NCBI GenBank assembly: GCA_964106915.2
Contig: OZ066915.1
DNA length: 64,000 nt
Source of the DNA: Podarcis gaigeae
Lineage: Eukaryota
Reading direction: 5' to 3' (one strand)
Every line of letters begins with the position of its first letter. Position 1 is the first letter of the stretch. A model generated the notes under the pieces. It did no database searches, was not told the DNA's origin, and saw nothing but the letters and a program-made list of their open reading frames with translations. The translations under genes and the position numbers were made by a program. Below, piece after piece: positions 38,713-49,862 of this stretch.

Positions 38713-40178
38713 TCAGGAATTGTGGGAGAGCAGGAAGGGGGAAGAAGGGGGAAGGGCGGGGGGTGACAATCCTGCAACAATAACACGAAGAAGTTCAAAG
38801 CCCCTAACAAATGGGCGGCTCACAAACAAACACTTGAGCAGGTTGTTTTCTAGCCAGACACTCTAAAAGCACTGGAGCCAAATATACCCTTGAGGTAATC
38901 CCAGAGAATTGAGCCATCCCTGGGTGTAGGATCCCCTTCTCAAACCAGCCTGCTTAACTAGCCTGCTTTATGCAGACTACAGCCTAAGATGGGTGGAATT
39001 CACCCAAATGCCCCTTTTTTTCTTTTGTGGCAAGATTTTTCGCAAAACTGCCAAGAATCTAAGTAGCATTTGTTCCTATTGAAACACTTAAAACCCAGCT
39101 AGAAACATGCAACTGAAATGAACATGTTAGTATCTCCTTCTAGGTAAATAAAAATTTCTTCAGCTTCATAAATGCTTCAGCTTGCAAACCTGACAGTCCC
39201 TAACCCTTTTACAGATTCCATCTTAGTGATTTGAAGTAGCCTCTGTTTTAAATCTGTCATTGATTCCTCACTCAATGTACAACACCATCAGTTTTTGGTT
39301 TTTTTCCTTCAACATTAGAGGTATGAATACTGCCCTAAAAATGGTTAAGATGGTGGGAATTTCATGCCATTCCATAATGCCTAGAATTTCCAAGGCTATC
39401 TTGGGGATAAATGTGATTCAATTTTTTTAAAAAAGGAAAATCTACCTCCAGCAACACAATCCATAAGTTGAAGCACTTTCATTAAGGCAAGTGGCACCCC
39501 AGTGCCAAACACATTATGTGATGTATATCCCTTTGATTTCAATGGGACCTACCTTCAGGTAATGGGCTTAGGGTTGTAAATTGCTCCCATTGATTTGGCA
39601 GGGAGCTAAATTGGTTTAAACCTGACTGCTTTGACTCAGCTGGTTCATAGAGCAGAGGGTAAAATCACACCTAGGCTGCTCAAGGCTGTAATCCTGTACC
39701 CAGAGAATAAGCCCCATTTACCTCAATGGGGCTTAATGCCCAGTATATTATGCATAGGAGTGGGCTGCTTTGAAATCCTATGACTCTTGTATGCCACATA
39801 TGTAAGCATAACAAGAGGGCGTTTAGGTTGGAGAACCAGAAGAAGAGTGGCCAAGTACCTGTATTTAAGCTTTACTCCCCCTGAACTAGTACATGAAGAT
39901 TCATGCCAACCATCTTCACATGAAAAACACAGAATTGAATCAAGCCCCCCAAAGGCTCTTACCATGGATTATTTCTTCCCCTTTTAAATGAAAGTGTTGT
40001 TACATTTGCGTTGATGGATTCATGAGAGGGTCCCTCTGCATTCACGTCTGGCCAGAACCATAAAATAAAAAAATATGTGCTGGGAGGATTCCAGCCTCCC
40101 CAGGATAACGTGGCGGAGAAATAAAGCTGGCCTGCCCTCCCCGCTTTATGAAGAAACAAATAATTCCGTTTATCTTAC

Positions 40179-40410
40179 CTGTTCCTACGAAGGAATCCCA
40201 CTACCGCCAAGTGTTTACTACTAAGCGCCGAATATTCAGTGGGGTGAAGTGTGTGGCGGTGGGGGCCGGGTAGGGAAATAGGGTAGATTTCTACTGCTCT
40301 CCCGTTGGATGAATTATTACGCCCCTCGCTGCCAGAGCCCTTTTATTCCGGAGCCGCTGTGATTTGTAAGCAACAGAATGACTGTCAATAAGTAGCTGCT
40401 CCGAAAGGCT
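40179..40410 (-). other. FOXJ1: Predicted non-coding exon 1 (5'UTR) of FOXJ1; 5' end approximate
   Basis: Consensus donor CAG|GTAAGA at 40179/40178 in CpG-rich DNA just downstream of promoter motifs. It pairs with the acceptor at 38771. Mammalian FOXJ1 also has a non-coding first exon (recalled). Confidence 0.65.
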
Positions 40411-40900
40411 TCTCTGGATGCTATGGAGACGCTCCGCCCCTATAAACAGCTTCTGCCCCTCTCATTGGTCCTCGGATCTCCATGGAGAGCGCAATCACTT
40501 GACAGGGTTTCTCTCTCTCTCTCTCTGCGGTTCTGCTACTTTGCACAAACTTTGTTTTGCCCCCCACCCATCTCTCTCCCCTCCACATCGCGCCCCCCTC
40601 CCACCTGCTTCATTTGCCACCAGTTAATTTTTAGTCACGGATCCTGGCTGCCGTGGTGGGAAAAGAGAAGCTTATGAAACCTTTAAAATCAAAGTGCTTT
40701 TAAATATCTGATGAAACGCAATCGCACGCATTTTCTTTAAAAAAAATAAACGACCCGGCGAGGGTGTGTGGGGGGTTTCTTTTCAAAAGCGCGTGCTTGT
40801 GTGTGCGCGCGCCCCCCGTCGGCTGCTTTGCTTGTAAGGGTGGCTCGGTTGGTATGTGGCCACTGCGCACACAGAGGGGGGGCGGGGGTGGGCGCTTGGG
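40410..40900 (-). promoter_or_regulatory. FOXJ1 CpG-rich promoter: X-box-like, GC box, forkhead/TATA-like and CCAAT motifs
   Basis: GATGCTATGGAGAC 40417-40430 (RFX X-box-like), CTCCGCCCC 40432-40440, TATAAACA 40441-40448, ATTGG (CCAAT on minus) 40464-40468, palindrome TCTCCATGGAGA 40477-40488. CpG density is visibly elevated. Confidence 0.7.
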
Positions 40901-41859
40901 AATTATTTGCTGTGAGTTTCATTAAGACAAATTAAAGTCCACTTGAAACAGCTCCCAGATGCCCATTATTCTTCGGGATACTAAAGGAAAGCTGGAGGTG
41001 TGGGGAGAGAGATCCCCTCTGCCAAGAACAAACAACCCAGCAACCAGAAAGATTCCAGGCCTTGGAAAGAAAGGGAACGATTTCAACCGCCTGCTCCTTC
41101 CTTTCACTAGGGCAATCTCCCCCCCTCATCTCTTTAGCCTGGCGTTGCTTTTGTCCACTCTGATCGGCAGGGCAGGGCAGTTGCTGACTCTCTCTCCCCC
41201 CCCCTTCAACCCCCCCCCCAATCGACGAGGCATTACCTCTGCTTTGAAGTTATATTTGAGAGAAAACGATGAAGAGTCATTGCTTGCCGTTGGAGGGGTG
41301 CGGAGGAGGAGAGGGCATTCATGTGCAAAGGTCTTGGCTCTCCTTGAACCTTGGCCATGGCTGAATTAATAGTTAGCCTTTCATGATGCTAAGACATTCC
41401 GGGGGCCAAATTGACCCCACCTGCAATTTGGGCCCAGAGAAGGCAGCCAGCACGGCTTTTCCCTTCTGCCTACCTGCTTCAGTTCTGAGAAGTTTACCTT
41501 CTCCCCTTGACCTTATGTGTAACCTGAAGTAATTAGATGAAAGGAGATAGGGGAAAAATATTGTGTGTGTAGGAGAACTGCAGACCCTGCATCAAAAAGG
41601 TTGCTGGATGTGCCCCCCTCTTTAATTAAGAGGCTACAGTCGCAGCCCTATATAATAGGATGCCCCCTCCCTTCTTTCAGAAAAAAGGGATGATTGAAAT
41701 GGATATTAGGTATTTATTACATGTTCATGCTGTTCTTCCTCCAAAGAGTCCATGTCTCTTTATTCTTACAACAAGCCTGTGAGGTAGGCAAGGCTGAGAA
41801 GTACTAATGAGCTCAAGGGGAGCTTTATGGCTGAAGTGCCATTCTACCATTTTGCCTAC

Positions 41860-41862
<3 letters not shown>

Positions 41863-41922
<60 letters not shown>
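41863..41922. repeat. Compound (TC)n(AC)n microsatellite upstream of FOXJ1
   Basis: Direct reading. Confidence 0.95.
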
Positions 41923-41923
<1 letters not shown>

Positions 41924-44367
41924 GAAATCAAGTACATTTCCCACATGGAAATCTGTCTTAGAAATGGAAGGTGAGCCTACCTCGTCCAGGTCAGCTGATG
42001 CTCTGAGGTGTGTTTTATTCTGGAGAACTTCAGCAGAGTTTTGCTGGGCAGAGCTGAGCTGTGGTGACATCAACACACCTGGCTAGTAGTGTCCAAATAT
42101 TTCTGTTAATCAGTCACTTCCCCTACAGTCTTTGAAAAATTAAAACAGGCTGCAGTAAGGTACTGACAGGCAGGGGAGAAATGGACAGAAACCCTCCCCG
42201 CATCAAAAGGACAGCAGAGACGTGGAACAGTTCTCAAAACCTTGTTTTGATTTTGCCCACAGCCCACCAAGACAAATGAGTCTTCTACCATGGCTTTCAA
42301 CTGAACCAGAGTGGTGGACTGGCTAGTCTCAGACTAGGACTGGGTAGATCTTGGATTGGCCCGTCAGTATCCATTAGCCTAAACTACCTCACAGGGTTGT
42401 CATGTGGATTAAATGAAGCAGTGTGCTTGTGTGGAAATCAAGTATAGTGTATTGGGCTCCTCAGAGGAAAAGCAGGATACAAATGTTATGAGACCAGTAT
42501 CACTCCTTCACACATAAAGCCAATCTCTTGCCCTTAAAGATCTTTTCTCTCTCTCTCATATTGTTTATCTGACATTTACATTCCATTGCCCTCACAAAAG
42601 CATCAGACAATGCCCCGCTAAGACAGTTTACCCACTTTGGAAGCAGGCCCAGCGCCAACGGCAGAGGTTGCAACATACCAGTTGCTCACTCACAAAGAGC
42701 GGCGCACATCTTGAGTTAAAGGGTGCTCTCTGCCGTTTACACTTCTGCTCTGCCAATCTCAGAATGGAAATTATATTGGCGCAGTTCCTCCTCTAATGAT
42801 TTTAAAGCACATTGTCTCCAGTGCACCACCCATTACGGACTGTCTCCAATCCCCCAGTTATCAACCATCCTGTTAAATGTTCATGCGGTAAGCGTTACTG
42901 CTGTGAAACCGAAACACACACATTAGCCCCCCCCCCCCATCTTCCTGGCAACTAGTTAATAGGGCACAGTTCTATTTGCTGGCAAAGTTAGAATTGCATG
43001 GTGAGCATTGTTTAATTTTCAGTAGCAAATAAATAGCTGGTATATGTGAGAATGTGGAAGGGTGAAGGACAGTTGCAATCTGAGAGGACAAACTTAGTTC
43101 TAATTCAGTGAAGTTAATTTAACAATCTGTAAAAATAAATAATTGTTGCATCCATGTAGCTTGCTCTTGTAGAACAAAAACTGTCCTGTTTCATCATGAC
43201 TATGCTTGTTTATAAAGGCAAGGGGTACAGAAGATGCTAGAAGTTGTCTTCCTTGAGCCCTCAGGGGTTAGGGTCAGACTCATGAGGTAAAAAAACAGCA
43301 ACCCCAAACCTTCCTTTACCTGTGCTATATCGGGGGATTTTAGGAGGGAGGAACGTATCGGGGGCACCTTTTTTTCTTTCTTACCCTCCAGAACCTCTCT
43401 GTCCCCCAGTCTGTATAGTAACACAATGATTGGAATCCAGCCTAAACTTGAGCCCTAGAATCCACCATCCCAGTATTTTGCCACCAATGAGATACTATAC
43501 ATTTTGGAAACATTATAAGAGTTTGCTATTTTTTAAGGAAACGTTTTGATAAAGAATTAGGGAAGATGACAAGCATTCTGGAGCTTCTCATCACCCTAGA
43601 AGTGAGATACCCCTAACAGTCACGGCTCTTGCAGGGACAGGTGGCGCTCCAATTCCAGAACTGAAACCCACATTTAACTCACAAAATCCAACTTACAAAA
43701 TCACAAGGCTGAAATTCAACATTCTGCAATATTTGGATTTGTAATAACAGATGTTCTGGTAGTACAATTCAAATTTGGGTGGCAGAGACGTTCTGCTGGT
43801 CAGACCTTGTTTGTGACCAGACTATAATTTAGTACGTACTGGCAGATCTCTCCCACCCATTTCTTCTCAAAAAGCTTCTCGTTCATGTAATTTCTGCCTC
43901 TTGTGTAATTTGCAAATCCCTTTCTCTGGGGCAATAAGAGAGCGTTTGGCTCTTGCATGCCATCTTCTGATTTCAAAGACTCACTACACCTCCCATATAA
44001 CTCACTGTGGCCCTAGGCCGTTGTTTTAAGTGACGCAAATAATCGTTCCGGCTTCTATAGATCTGTTACTCAGTTCCAGGCACATCAATAAAAAGATGAA
44101 TCCTGACATTTTGAAAATGGCTTTTGTGTTGCTGAGATGTAGCTGTCATAAGAGGAAGCAGATAGGACAATATGTCCTAAGGAATGTTAGAACAGCGCCC
44201 CCCCATCAAAATTTATTTTTAAACAAATGAACTGACAGGCAAGCAGCAGCCTGCCCCTATGACTTAAACTGCTGCCCATAATAGTGTGGTGGTAACACAT
44301 CTTTTACCTCAGACAATGACACACACAAACAATTCCAGGCAACAGCTGTCCATCCCTTGTAAACAGC

Positions 44368-44373
44368 TTTATT
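44368..44373 (-). terminator. Candidate RNF157 polyadenylation signal
   Basis: AATAAA on minus, about 2.9 kb after the stop, followed by the GU-rich tract ttgtttgtgtgtgtc. Confidence 0.55.
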
Positions 44374-47277
44374 CACTCTTTTAAAGAGCCATGCAGTCAT
44401 AAATACATATTGCATTGCTGCCACTGAGGTGCACACAAGCGTGTCTAGAAGGTTCTATAGTCCCATGTTGTGGCCTGTGCACCCATTAAGAACAGTCTGA
44501 CTGTACTCTTCCATGGGGCACAACTTGCTTCCCTGCTGCACGTGCCTGCTTCACAGTAACAAATTCAGATGAACACCATCTTGCACCTGCAATTTCTGTT
44601 GCCTTTGACTGTCCCCCACCCCTGTAAAGGGGGGAAATAACAAAAAGAAAATACATTTCTCCTCAATAACCCCACCCCACATTCCATCCATGTTGCCACT
44701 ATTACAATTTTCTGAGAAATCTCTGGAACATAAACAAGAGTTTGCTTCAGAGGGGTGTGTGAGGGAACTGAGGAAAAACACACAACCATGCTGTCTATGC
44801 CAGTCCTATTTTTCTTGTTATTGCTTTTCCCAGTCTTCAGGTCTTGCTTCATACAGCGTTTTGAATGCTTAGGTAAATCTTGAGAAAATGCACTTTATCC
44901 TACAACAGGCTTACTGGTGGAGCAGTGGGAAAAGGAGAACTTGATTAATTTAACTAAAGCAAGCATTTCTGGTGTTCACCAACCCCACTATCCCTTGTGA
45001 GGACTCCCAAGACCACACGTCCATTTTCCCAAGACTCCCATACTGAAAGCTCCTCAGCGTGGTAATTAGCAGGTTAAAGGCTGTATCCAAGGTCTAGAGT
45101 TTTGTCATGACCACCAGTCAATTACAGTAAAGGCCAGAGCCACATGACAGGCATTTCACAGTGGAAGGTGTGTATATTTACCCCTTTGTCTCTTGTAAAC
45201 AGATTATACAGAAAAACCTGACTGACCAGCTGGGGTGGGGTGGACAAAATAACTATGTGCACACTTGGGACGCAATACCTCTTTGTTGTTTCTAAAGACA
45301 CAACCGATGTTCTCCAGAAAAACTGAAAAGTGTCCAGCATTCTTCTTAATCCTCTCATTCCCCTCTTCAAGGGGAAACAAAAAGTAGACAGGGAAATGGA
45401 ATATTGAAGGGTGTGTTGCTGGTGAAGACAATGCAACACAAATGTTTTCTTGCTTGACCATACACAGGAAGATGCGACAAAAAGGCCCGAGACAAAGTCT
45501 TTATCTTTGATGATGGGGGCCAGTTAACACAAAGCTAAAGATGTAACCTGCTCTCCTCCTTCTGGAGGATCAAAGGAGTCTGCCCAGAAAGACTTGTGAA
45601 GTCATCTTTGTGCTACACCATTAACTTTGTTCTACAGTAGGAAAGAGCTAAAGGAATGAAAGTGGTAGGAGGCGAGAGTAGTCAAGCCCAGCTCAAAAAA
45701 CCCACCACTAATCTAACCTTACCTGACCAAGAGGAGACTTCACTCATCCCCACTCCACCCCCCACAGTTGCAATTGCTCAAATGCCACTTTATGTTCATT
45801 CCTTTTTTCTTTTTTCTTTTTGCCAGGGTGTACTAGAAATCACACCCTCAATTCAAGAACAGCAAAACTTCCAATGGTTTTAGTGCAAATATTCTCAAAC
45901 AGCAGGTTCTAAAACGACTGTGTTGGTGATTCACCAGACTGCTGGCAACTAGTCTCTGCACAGTAGGGGGAGGCTTGACAATGCAGCACAAGGAAGGATG
46001 AGAATTTCAACTCAACAGGTGGGTCCCAACCAAAGACCAAATTCGACTGCTGGGATGGACAGCTTGTTAAAATGACTGGGGAACTGCTGGCTTTAGCAGG
46101 ACTTGTGTACACTCATCACCAAGGAAACCAAGACCATTAACAGTGAACAAATGCATAGCTAATGATGCATTTAAAAGGCCTTTATCACATAGGGGGAAGA
46201 CTGCACTTTTAAGTAATGCCATGCATGAAGTTTAAGGGACAGTCTGCCTTAATAATATGTATCACTTTACAAGTGCACTTACTAACGCTCCTCTAACTTG
46301 GTGCCAGTTAATCTTTTCCCAACCACAAGTCCACATGCCTAACTTCACCTGTTCTGTCACCTCTGATGGGGTCCAAAATTAGCAGAAAACAGCCACTAGG
46401 ACGGTGTTGTGTTTTCACACAATGAATCTCTTTTGTCATTTTCTCTTGACTGGCTGTCTGCTTACCATTTCTCTCCCCCATTCTAAGATACAGCTGCTAG
46501 ATGTTCCGTATTTTAAGGGGGGGGGGGACCCTTTGTACTAGATCTTGCCACTTCTATGCAGCACAGAATTCAGCCCAGATCTTGAATGGATACTATATAT
46601 CCCCAATATTGATTGCTTAGTTGTGACATGGAATCATTATCCGGGCAGCTCAAAAGACTTCAGGGTGAGTGTAGAATGGGTGAAGGAACTATAATCTCAT
46701 TTTTTCTGCTATCAGGTTGCTGCATGTATTAGGTGGCATCAAATACATGTCTTCCACACTGCGTGGATGTGATAGGGAGCTGTGCCAATGCATTAGTTTG
46801 CAAGTATGAATTTGTCCTCTGTGTACATTACATTTTTACAGGTACACATTCTACATGCACCTGTCAAGAATTATAAATAGGTGAAGCAGCATTAATTCCT
46901 TGATTTTTTAAAAAAAGGGAAACGGGTGTTATGGCAATTACCAAACAATTATTCGGTTACACCATAAAGACAAAGATCAGCAGAGAACAGGGAATGCTGA
47001 GTTGACAAGATGATAACAGGAGACAAAGCATCTATGTTTATGGAGGCAACCATCATTTGAACCCAACTCAAGCCATTCAGCCAGTCCTACTGTGTGTTCG
47101 TTTTAACATAGAATGATTACAAGGGCAATGTGGATTCTTGGCTACCATGTGTGGTGTTTAAAACAATGTCACATCATCTGCAGGGTTTGACAGGGGTGAT
47201 GCCCACAGCGTTGCTGCTTTAAGTGTTTTAGGGAAACATGTTCAGTGCTGTGATTTTCCTCTCCACACAATGCAACA

Positions 47278-47408
47278 TCATCGAGGGCACAGAAGTCCCA
47301 GCATGCATTGCAAATCTTCATCATACTCCAGGTTGATGCTGCTGGCAGAAAAGTGGCGCCTCAGGGTCTGGCTGTGATTCAGAAGATTGTCAGCTGATGC
47401 CTGGATAC
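47278..47408 (-). CDS. RNF157: RNF157 terminal coding exon (GIQASADNLLNHSQTLRRHFSASSINLEYDEDLQCMLGLLCPR*), not in ORF track
   Basis: ttttcttctcatag| acceptor, phase 1, TGA at 47280-47278. Divergent but alignable with human GAWQADDNAVSRNAQRRRLSSSSLEDSETRPCVWGPLAV (recalled). Confidence 0.78.
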
Positions 47409-49029
47409 CTATGAGAAGAAAAGTAATGGATAATACTATTGGTGAGAGCTTAGCGGGATAATAGGAAGCAGAATACCAGCGCCAAAGAAAGGAAAAACAA
47501 GAGGTTTGTGCTTTAAAATTTAGGCAAGTAATAGATGTAGTGGTCTACAGACTCTGGCAAGAGTATTGGAAGACTGGTTCTTAATAACGGCCAATAATTA
47601 GGGGTGGCAGTTTTTACAGAACTCATTTTAGGTCCTCATTGAGCCCTGGGTTCGTTCTATAACAGTGACATTTGTTATAAGGTATATCTGAATTTCGGTA
47701 AAACTAATTTTTATTTTATTTTTAAAAAACATTTACCTTTTCCTACCTGCACTTAAAATATAGTAATGGAGGTTTGTCATAATTTCTTCTACCACTTTAA
47801 CCATCCATTTAAAGAAAAGGAAACTTATCATGCTCTTAGGTCCTACAGGTGATCATGAAAAATTGGACAAGCCAGCCAACATAAATAGCTGTTTATAGTA
47901 TCTTCACTGCAGGTTTGACAGGTTACCCATACAAGTGTGAATATGGAAGCTGCTGCTGTGGTTTCAAACAAAATGAAAGTTTCTGAAAGTACACAAAGCA
48001 TGCCTACAAATGTCTTCCATATAAGAAGAGGCAAATGGTGTCTGGAAGTATCTTAGGTCCCTTCCTAAACTTAGCAGCCTCACACTGTGAGAAGATCTTC
48101 AAATGGTTGCTGGATTTAGTAAAAGGAATTGCCTGTGAGCCTCTTCATTCTAGGAATATTTTGATATCGTCCATTCCGTAAGAACAGCCCTATTGGCCCA
48201 GGCCTGTGTTCTGTGATCGCAGATGGACAGACTTAGAGGAAGTTGATAACATAACAGGACCATTTTAACAGAGTGCTGTACATCATTCCCTATAACTCTA
48301 ACTTATATTAGTTTAGCTATAGCCCAAGTATGAAAATAGCCGCCCTGGGCACAGCGCAGCTATTTATATTCTCATCTTTGATGCAGTGAATAAAAAGTAG
48401 ACATTTTAATTATTTGGCATCTATGGAGCCTACAGTCAAGAAATGCCATAAGTTATAAGCTGGGATTTTCATTTACTACAGGAAGCAACTAAGTACATCT
48501 TTCATGTGCTTTAATTTGACCCCAAGGCATTATATTTGTACTAAACAAAAAAAAAAGAAAAGAAAGAAAACCACTTGCCAGCCTACAGCATAGTTATATG
48601 CTAAATGAGGCAATTAACTCCTGCAAAACAGCTCTAAATCTCATACACTTTGCAGGGATTTCATTAGGAAATCATTACTGCGTAGAGAGAAAGTGAAACT
48701 ATTATATAGAAACCAAATATCCAGCAACGGTTATCTCCCTCCCTCCTGGACTTAAATCTTTGAAGTATGAGAACTCCCCCTTCATTCGGGAATGGGCCCT
48801 TGCTGAAATGTAAAGTTAATTGTAATGTGATAGCACAAGGAATGAAAGTTCATTGTTTACAGTAACCTTTTGAATAGCCAAATTTAGTCAATTCAGCAGC
48901 ATAAGTCTTTTTGCACTCTTGCGAAGGAAACATTTTATGGGCATCTGCTAATCAAAGTGGCTGAGCGCCCAAGACAAAAACAGTGAATATATTTCTGTAG
49001 TCAGACAGATTAATAGATAGATATAACAG

Positions 49030-49225
49030 AGAGGGAATCTAGTTGATATTGTGCACTTGGACTTTCAAGCAGCTTTAGACAAGCTACCTCACCAAAAGCT
49101 CCTGAGTAAGCTTAGCAGTCACAGAATTAGAGAGTTCCTGTTGTGGATCAAGAAACAGGAAGTAGAGAGCGGGGATGGAGGGATGTTGAAAGTGGAATCT
49201 CCCAGGGATTGGTACTGGGACCTCT
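49030..49225 (+). mobile_element. Degenerate CR1 LINE RT fragment
   Basis: DIVHLDFQAALDKLPHQKLLSKL resembles the CR1 motif DIVYLDFQKAFDKVPHQRLL. It is followed by a frameshifted CCCAGGGATTGGTACTGGGACC (PQGSVLGP-like). Confidence 0.7.
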
Positions 49226-49821
49226 ATTTTTTAGCAGCCTATCCTAAGGCAAAAGAGAGTCAAGAGTTGTGGTGGGTAATAATTGCTCCAGTACATGTGA
49301 ACTAAAATCCATCCCACTATACCCTTTGTAACATTTGTGGACTGAGTCCCTGAACATGAAATAGCCTGTGTAACCAGTACATGGCTAGAAACAGAAAAAT
49401 GCACCCAGGCACAGTTCTACTGGTCTTGAATAGATGCAAATGGTTTGCCTTACAGTGATAATCTAGTGCATGTCTCCTCAAAAGTCAGTTTCACTGGATT
49501 CAATGGCAATTACTTCTAGGTAAGCATGTGTAGGATTGCAGCCTCAGATTCTGTAGCTTGGCTTTTAAAAGTCATTTGCACCAATGAGTTAAGAAAGCCC
49601 ATTCTGCAGTTGTGTTTTGGTACAAGAAGTGATTAAGAATCACTTGCCCCTGCCAATATTTCATGCGCAAGAGGCAATTCTTCCTTTTTTCAAAAAAAAG
49701 TGTGCAGGGGGTAGGGACTGTGTTGATCAAACAAAGCCTTAGAGAGAAAGATTATACTGCAAAATGAAATCTAGGTTTATTCAGACGAGGTGAGCAGCAG
49801 AGGACTTTGCAAATCTCATAC

Positions 49822-49862
49822 CTATTCCTCAATGCTTATGGGGCAGGATTCCGGAACTGCAG
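49822..49862 (-). CDS. RNF157: RNF157 alternative stop-containing exon (AAVPESCPISIEE*)
   Basis: A pyrimidine-rich tract of about 110 nt ends in ctaaacag|. Phase 1 fits the upstream exon. The exon ends GAG GAA TAG|GTATGA. The 13-aa peptide parallels the MGRN1 short C-terminus ALGPDSCSVGIDE (recalled). Confidence 0.72.
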
